A stretch of DNA of 64,000 nucleotides from Piromyces finnis finn. Its lineage: Eukaryota > Fungi > Neocallimastigomycota. Position 1 is the stretch's first letter; each line of letters opens with the position of its first letter. The notes under the pieces are model-generated. The model saw only the letters and a list, made by a program, of their open reading frames with translations. It was not told the DNA's origin and did no database searches. Both the position numbers and the translations under genes were made by a program. Of this stretch, positions 57,558-64,000 are shown one piece after another. The stretch covers positions 434,001 through 498,000 of the forward strand of contig MCFH01000038.1 in the NCBI GenBank assembly GCA_002104945.1. Reading direction: 5' to 3'.

Positions 57558-58571
57558 ATAGATAATTATTAATGATGGTTTTAGACCTATATATATTTAA
57601 TTTGGTCCCATCAATAACAATGTAGTACCTTCATAGTAAGGGCTCCTTAGATTTAGATGACATTGATTTATCATATTTATTTATTACCAACATTCAAGAA
57701 TGTTGTGACGCCGTTTTAAAATATAATTTACGGTGATTTAGTAACCTCATATATAAATCGCCACTTTCAACGTAGTGAGTGATCGCCGACCAATTAGCTG
57801 ACATTCTAATTAACCGAGCCGACTTCGATATAATTTAGAAGAACTTTATTCTCTTCAACAATCGATATTTTAAATGTCATTATCTTACAATATTAACTTG
57901 TTATAATTTTACTGGTATATCTACTTATTTTACATTAAAATATATTATCATGAAAATATTATTTCACTATATTTTAAAGGATAAGCAATTGAGAAAAATG
58001 AATGAAAACATTAGAATATGTTATTTATTATTTATATAGGTATTAATACTTATCGTATATGTTATGGAAAATTATTCATTATTATGAAAATTTGATGCAA
58101 AATGAATGAAATTTTATGAAATTTAAATTTCTCTTTTTCAAATCTAAGTATTTATTACTAAACATCTAGATTTGAGGGGGAAGTAGTGAATATACGAAAT
58201 TTAAAATTCAAGATAATAATTTTTGTTTCTAGTTAAACATTGGAAATAACTAAAACATTGCATAGAAACTAAGGCTTAATAAATAGAATGAATTGAAATT
58301 CAAATTGTAAAAATTTATAAGATTCAATATGTAAAAATGAAAAGAACAAAATTTCAAATACAAAGTAAAATATTCTTAAATATTATAAGAATAATTAATC
58401 AATACAAAAGGCATAAAAGGAAGGAAAAACACCTAAAAGAAAATGTTAAAATTCAATATACATAAACTAAATAACTATTAAGAATTAAATTAAAATTTTA
58501 CCATTATTAATTAGTATTTACAAATAGATTGAAATACAATTATGCTAATATTCTAAAGAAAATTGTAATTA

Positions 58572-58875
58572 TAAGGACATAAAACCAGAGAGTTATCCAT
58601 AGGTTGTCCGAAGAACGTAAAACCAAGAAGATTAACCATAGGTTGTTAAGAGAACGTAAAACCAAAAAGAGTTATCCATATGTGTTGTCATTAGGACGTA
58701 AAATCAAAGGTTAACCATGAGTTGTTAAGAAAACGTAAAACCAAAGAGGTAAACCATGCGTTGTCATAAGGACGTAAAATCAAAGAGATAAACCATGTGT
58801 TGTCTATAATTCTGTGTAAATCTCAGAGAGATTACCAATATAGTTTATAGGATAATGTAAAACCGGAAGGGTTTT
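58572..58875 (+). repeat. Tandem array of about 37-43 bp units inside the LTR element
   Basis: About 6 clear and 2 degenerate units with consensus (G/A)ACGTAAAA(C/T)CAAAGAG(T)TAACCAT(A/G)xGTTGT(CAT/TAAG). Confidence 0.92.
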
Positions 58876-59164
58876 CAATCCTTAATGGATGGTATAACAA
58901 TTTATGAATATCCAATCCAAATTTTAAACTTTAATACTACCCAATTATACAAAGGTTTTCAGTTTATCCATAAAAACGAAGTTATAGGGTAATATTTAAA
59001 TTCTTTAAAGCAATTAGCGAATAATATATGTGAAATATTTTAAATTCCAATTAATGAAATATAAAAATTTTAAACATTAGATTTAGTTTATAGTTAATAG
59101 TTTAGAAATAATAAAATGCACATATTCACCAGCAAACCAAATTTTACTTAGTAGAAAATTAGGT

Positions 59165-59175
59165 TTGAGGGGGAA
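59165..59175 (+). promoter_or_regulatory. Polypurine tract of the LTR element
   Basis: TTGAGGGGGAA immediately before the TG of the 3' LTR. Confidence 0.88.
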
Positions 59176-59392
59176 TGTTAGAATATGTGAAACGTTATGT
59201 CACATGTATTCAAATGTATTGAAATGTATTAAAACGTATTTGTATATATTGTATTTGATTATATGTTTAAGCCACAATGTAAATGTATAAATACATGTAG
59301 TTTGAGAAGAATGTAACGCAAGTAGTTCTTTATCATAAAATATATTAATAAAGTTGACATAATTATAAACCTAAATTAAACAACTCTTAATA
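59176..59392 (+). repeat. 3' LTR
   Basis: 216/217 identical to the 5' LTR and followed by the TSD TATAC. Confidence 0.96.
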
Positions 59393-59753
59393 TATACAAT
59401 ACAATATAAATTATTATATATTATATATTATATATTATATAATATATATTTTATAATGAGTAAATTATTTAATTAAATTTAAATTAATGATTTACATTAA
59501 ATAAAATGTATTATAATATATTATAATATAAATCATTTAATTAAAATATTTAAATAAAATAAAATATTATTAATTTTCAAAAATGTAACAAAATTCAAAG
59601 AAATGAAGTCTTTATTTTTTTTTATATCTAGTTTTAAAATGATTTTTATTAATAGAAATAATATATAGGTATAAGTTTTTGTTTATTGTTTTATATATTT
59701 ACTCTTTTTAGAAATACAAATAATATTGCATGTTATAATAATATTTTCGGAAT

Positions 59754-60953
59754 ATGAACAATATCGAGTATTATAAGAATAAAGAAGATTCAGAGGTAAT
59801 AAAGTTGCTTAAACATTACAAAATATATAATGAAGGAAATTTTAATTCTGAAAATATAAAAGAATTAATTTGCAAATTAGTAATGTATGGAGAAGCAAGA
59901 AATTTAAAAAATGTATTGAATGAATTATTTGAAAATTATAGATATGATAGAGATTTTGAAATTGATAAACAATTTAGGTTTGACAATGATTTTATAATAA
60001 CTTTACTTATTTATTACAAAAATAAGATACAGTTTTCGAATAAAGAACTAAAGCTATTATTAATTAAAGAAAAAGAAAAAAAGTCTAATTCTATTGTTAA
60101 TTTTTATATAGCTGATAGATATATTGATAAACTGGATTACTTTTTCGTAACACCTTTATATATTGCTTGTGTCAATAATAATGAAGAAATAGTAAAAATG
60201 TTATTTGATTATGGGGCAAATGTAAATTTCCGAAATAATATAGGTGAAACAGCTTTATTATATTTATGTCAATGTAATCTTTCTCTTGATATTATAAAAT
60301 TACTAATTGATAAATACAAAGCTAAGATATATGATGTAGATAATTATGGAAATACATTATTACACAAATTTTGTAAAAGACGTAGTGATAATGATGTAAA
60401 ATTATTTAATTTTTTAATAGAAAAAGGCTTAGATATAAATAAAGTTAATAATGAAGGAAATACTCCATTAATAGAATTGTGTAGGTATACAACAAAATAT
60501 TTTTATATACCGTTATTATTGGAAAATGGTGCAGAAATTAATATACGAAATAATAAAGGTGAAACAGCATTACTTGTAGCTTGTAAATACGGCGGATATG
60601 ATAGATTGGTAAAAAAATTGGTAGAGTGTGGTGCTGATGTTAATATAGCTGATAATGATGGTAATACACCATTATTAATAAGTTGTCGTGATGATAGTAA
60701 GCTTTCTATTTCAAGGTTAAAGCGATATTTTATTGAGAATGGAGCAGATATAAATAAAGCGAATAAAAATGGAAGAATACCTTTTCATGAATTATGTGAA
60801 CATGGAAATAATTGTATAATAAATTATTTCATTGATCATGGAGCAGATATAAATAAAATGGATAATGATGGTAATACTCCATTAAGTATTGCACGTAAGA
60901 ATCTTAGTGAAAAAGCTAGTATTAAAAGTTTAATTATCCATGGAGCAAAATAA
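59754..60953 (+). CDS. Ankyrin-repeat protein, intronless
   Basis: About 8 ankyrin repeats (TPLYIACVNNNEEIVKMLFDYGANVN, GETALLVACKYG..LVECGADVN, GNTPLSIA). Confidence 0.93.
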   Translation: MNNIEYYKNKEDSEVIKLLKHYKIYNEGNFNSENIKELICKLVMYGEARNLKNVLNELFENYRYDRDFEIDKQFRFDNDFIITLLIYYKNKIQFSNKELKLLLIKEKEKKSNSIVNFYIADRYIDKLDYFFVTPLYIACVNNNEEIVKMLFDYGANVNFRNNIGETALLYLCQCNLSLDIIKLLIDKYKAKIYDVDNYGNTLLHKFCKRRSDNDVKLFNFLIEKGLDINKVNNEGNTPLIELCRYTTKYFYIPLLLENGAEINIRNNKGETALLVACKYGGYDRLVKKLVECGADVNIADNDGNTPLLISCRDDSKLSISRLKRYFIENGADINKANKNGRIPFHELCEHGNNCIINYFIDHGADINKMDNDGNTPLSIARKNLSEKASIKSLIIHGAK

Positions 60954-61163
60954 TATGAAAGTAAATATAATTTTTATTTGTTTGATGTTATAATTAAGGT
61001 ATTTTTATTCGAATAGAGCTTATTTAAATAATTATATATCATTAAAATTTACAATAGATATATAAATAATATATAATTTTAAAATAAAGTAAAATAAACT
61101 AATAAATATAAAATGATTATAATATTTTATTTTTATTTATATAAAATCTTTAATAAATTAAAG

Positions 61164-62168
61164 ATGAGAATAATTAAATGGTTTATTCTGATTTTAATAA
61201 GTATTACAAAAATATATTGTAGTCCTTACAATCATTTAGATATTCAATTAGCATTATTGATTTTATCTGCTGGAGATCATGATGGAAATATAGTTAAGGA
61301 TGCAAATCTTGAATTTATGAAAATTAATATTAGTAAAGATCCAAGTAATAAAGTAGAGAAAGATATAATCGATATTATTCCAAGTTTAAGAGAAATAAGA
61401 AAACATGAAAATGATATAGAAAGACAAAATCAAAGAATTGAAATCAAATTTAAAGAGTTGTATAAAAAAGCTGAAAAATTAGCTATTCATAGATTAGGAT
61501 TAACTATTGAGAGCACATTATTTGATGCCTTTAGAACTGAAACTAATAATAACAATGTTAATAATAATAATGAACTGGTTAAAACGCATTTTGAAAATTT
61601 GGATGTATTTAGAAAATTGAATACTGATGGTATTGGATTAATTAACGGTGAAAATGACATGACTACGTTATCTTTTTATAGAAAAGATAGTAATATAAAC
61701 TCTAATAAAATTAAATTTAGAGATGCTATTAAAAACAATGTTCCTTTTGCACCACAATATGATAATAATCATTCCAACAGTTATATTGTTAATTATTTTA
61801 AAGATGTAGCATCACAATGTCATCAATTACAAACTTGCAAAATTTTATTTGATAATTCTAATCCAACATACAGTTTAATCAAAGATGATTCTAATGATAA
61901 TTTATATTTTATTGTTAGTCTTAATAATAATATACATGCGTTTCAATTAAAAAATAATAACGGTCAATATATTATGAATAGTTATGACAATGAATCATTA
62001 AACGATTTAAATGACATAATTCAAGGATATGGTAAATCTTCTGAATACACAAGTAATAGTGCTTTTATTAAAGGGGATGATATTAGTATAATTCCAGATT
62101 GTGGTATAATTCTTACTACTAGAAATATACTTCCAACATACAGTTTCAGTATACTTTTATACTTTTAA
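61164..62168 (+). CDS. Hypothetical secreted protein
   Basis: Open frame of 334 aa from MRIIKWFILILISITKIYC (signal-peptide-like); no recognised domain. The 3' end may be spliced (GTATAA at 62104). Confidence 0.65.
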   Translation: MRIIKWFILILISITKIYCSPYNHLDIQLALLILSAGDHDGNIVKDANLEFMKINISKDPSNKVEKDIIDIIPSLREIRKHENDIERQNQRIEIKFKELYKKAEKLAIHRLGLTIESTLFDAFRTETNNNNVNNNNELVKTHFENLDVFRKLNTDGIGLINGENDMTTLSFYRKDSNINSNKIKFRDAIKNNVPFAPQYDNNHSNSYIVNYFKDVASQCHQLQTCKILFDNSNPTYSLIKDDSNDNLYFIVSLNNNIHAFQLKNNNGQYIMNSYDNESLNDLNDIIQGYGKSSEYTSNSAFIKGDDISIIPDCGIILTTRNILPTYSFSILLYF

Positions 62169-62954
62169 TTTAAAGTAATATTTATTAATACATATAATTA
62201 ATTATGTATATATTTTTATATTGATACATTTATTTCTTTTATTAAACAATGCTTTTAATTATTAATAATTTTTTGATGAACTTAAAGTTTCATTATTTAA
62301 TATAATATTATATCATTGAATATATACATTATACATGTTTTAAATTTTTTTTTTAATAATACAATTATTTTTTTAAACCGATTTAATTATTTCAATAACG
62401 ATTATTTTTTTTCTTTATTATATCCATTCTATTATTTCAATAATAAGAAATAACAAAAATAATAACAGTATAAATGAATATTATAATTTATAAATAATAG
62501 GATAGAGATTATTCAAATATAATATAATGCTTTTCTACTTATTTTTTACCATTAAAATTTTATATTGAGGCTTATTATTTAATATCAAAAAAAAAAAAAC
62601 TTTTTTAAAGTTATTAAAAAAATATTAATTTAATTAATTATTGAATGATTCTAATAATTTTTTAATTAACTAGATAAAATTTTTTTTTTTTTTTGGAAAC
62701 AAATTTTATAAAAAAAAAATGTTATTTAATACATATAAATAATATAAATTAATATAAATTAGAGACAGCAACCATCTTTTTTTTAACCAAAAAAAAAAAT
62801 ATAATTTTTATTTTTTCTTAATTGCTAAATAAATAAATTGAATTAAAATTGAAAATTAAAAAAAAAAAAAAAAAGAAAAATAAAATAAAATATAAAATGA
62901 AATAAATAAAAAAAATAATAAAATAACAACAATAAATATAAATAAATCTCAAAA

Positions 62955-64000
62955 ATGAATAATAATTTAAAATATTTTTCAATTCTAGTAGTAATTTCTT
63001 TACTATTAAATATCCCTTATACTCGAGGTGAAAAGGTTTTATCTAACAAGGATACTATTATAAATGCTAAAAAGGATCAGTATTATTTGATTTATTTTAA
63101 CAATACTTATGATGAATTTAAGATATTTTCTAATTTAAAAAATAGAAAACGTCAAGAATCGTATAATAATGTTTTATCTTTTGTTGACAAAATTCACAAT
63201 TTAATTGCTGAAAATAAACACACCTATGAAAATCCAAAAATATTAGATAAAATTGAAGAAAAATCAAAATTAAAAAAAAGGAGTAATAATAGTCAACAAT
63301 TTTTCAACTATGGAAATTCAGAATTAATTTATCCAATATCCTCTGTAGGAAACAGAGTAGTATTTTATTCCTTCCTCTCATATGACTTGTACAAAAAGGT
63401 TAAAACTCTTAATAATGTTATAGAATGTACTACAAATAAATATAGTGTATCAATAAATAGTTATTATAATAAAGAAGATATATTAAAAGAAACAAAATGG
63501 AATAAACTTTCTGTAAGAGAAAATGCTGATTTACATTTGTCTCTAATATCACAAGGAATATACAATACAAATATAATTAATAAATATGATAATAATTATT
63601 ATTATCCAAGTTCTGCAGGTAAAGATGTTGATATAGTAATTATGGATTCAAGTTTCAATTTTGATTATTCAGAATTTGAAAATACCAATGACCGTATAGC
63701 TAAATGTGTTGCTCATATAGAGGATGGAAAACCAGTTATTGGTAAATGTGGAAGTTGTGATTATTATCATGGAGAACAAGTTGCTGATACAGCAGGTGGA
63801 TTAAAACATGGAGTAGCTAATCTTGCAAATATATATGGTATCGCTATATCATCTAATGAAAATGGTGAATATCTACAAAGTGATATATTATCAGCATTAC
63901 AATTTATTTATGAAAAATTGATTCGTCCCAATAAAACAGTCGTTAACATATCATCGGGAAATTGGCAATATGAAAAAGATAATTTTTTCATCCAATATCA
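62955..64000 (+). CDS. Secreted subtilisin-like S8 serine peptidase, truncated by the window end
   Basis: The frame is open from ATG 62955 to the end of the window. Signal peptide and prodomain, then YYYPSSAGKDVDIVIMDSSF (catalytic Asp), YHGEQVADTAGGLKHGVANLANIYG (catalytic His) and IRPNKTVVNIS. It is missing from the ORF track because no stop is reached. Confidence 0.88.
   Translation, partial: MNNNLKYFSILVVISLLLNIPYTRGEKVLSNKDTIINAKKDQYYLIYFNNTYDEFKIFSNLKNRKRQESYNNVLSFVDKIHNLIAENKHTYENPKILDKIEEKSKLKKRSNNSQQFFNYGNSELIYPISSVGNRVVFYSFLSYDLYKKVKTLNNVIECTTNKYSVSINSYYNKEDILKETKWNKLSVRENADLHLSLISQGIYNTNIINKYDNNYYYPSSAGKDVDIVIMDSSFNFDYSEFENTNDRIAKCVAHIEDGKPVIGKCGSCDYYHGEQVADTAGGLKHGVANLANIYGIAISSNENGEYLQSDILSALQFIYEKLIRPNKTVVNISSGNWQYEKDNFFIQY

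Larger units (their letters stand above)
54781..59392 (+). mobile_element. Non-autonomous Ty1/copia-like LTR retroelement (4612 bp) with captured host sequence
   Basis: 217 bp direct LTRs with 1 mismatch; 5 bp TSD TATAC (54776-54780 and 59393-59397); PBS abutting the 5' LTR; PPT TTGAGGGGGAA abutting the 3' LTR. A decayed gag-like start (GNSNYQN*) lies near 55100. There is no intact gag/pol ORF. Confidence 0.93.

Noticed and set aside
57640-57830. Possible copia RNase H remnant (DIDLSYLFI..DQLADILIN)
   Set aside because: The resemblance to HIDIRYHFI..QLADILTK is suggestive, but the spacing is too long and stops intervene; not supportable without a profile search.
58572-58875. CRISPR interpretation of the 38 bp array
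   Set aside because: The units are contiguous degenerate tandem copies with no unique spacers, there are no cas genes and the context is eukaryotic.

Overview
Extremely AT-rich, intron-rich eukaryotic DNA. The gene content (fungal scaffoldin-type repeat protein, intronless ankyrin proteins, subtilase, bacterial-like GNAT) points to an anaerobic gut fungus (Neocallimastigomycota); this is inferred. I can support about 17 protein-coding loci. Conserved core genes: Nrd1/Mrn1-type RRM protein, ERG8, TAPT1/EMP65, Argonaute, GMF, SPRTN, RVS161, C9orf78/Tls1, RRP36 and MPDU1. Two accessory blocks lie at about 27-35.6 kb and 54-64 kb. Three observations stand out. (1) The GMF gene can only be spliced correctly through an AT-AC intron with a U12-type 5' splice site (39028-39160), implying a minor spliceosome. 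(2) A recently inserted 4.6 kb non-autonomous copia-like LTR element (54781-59392; 217 bp LTRs with 1 mismatch, TATAC target-site duplication) carries a decayed, intronless copy of host seryl-tRNA synthetase. (3) That element's primer-binding site matches the anticodon arm of tRNA-Lys(CUU) rather than a tRNA 3' end. All exon structures were read by eye and need RNA-seq confirmation. I recognised no rRNA, tRNA or CRISPR array.
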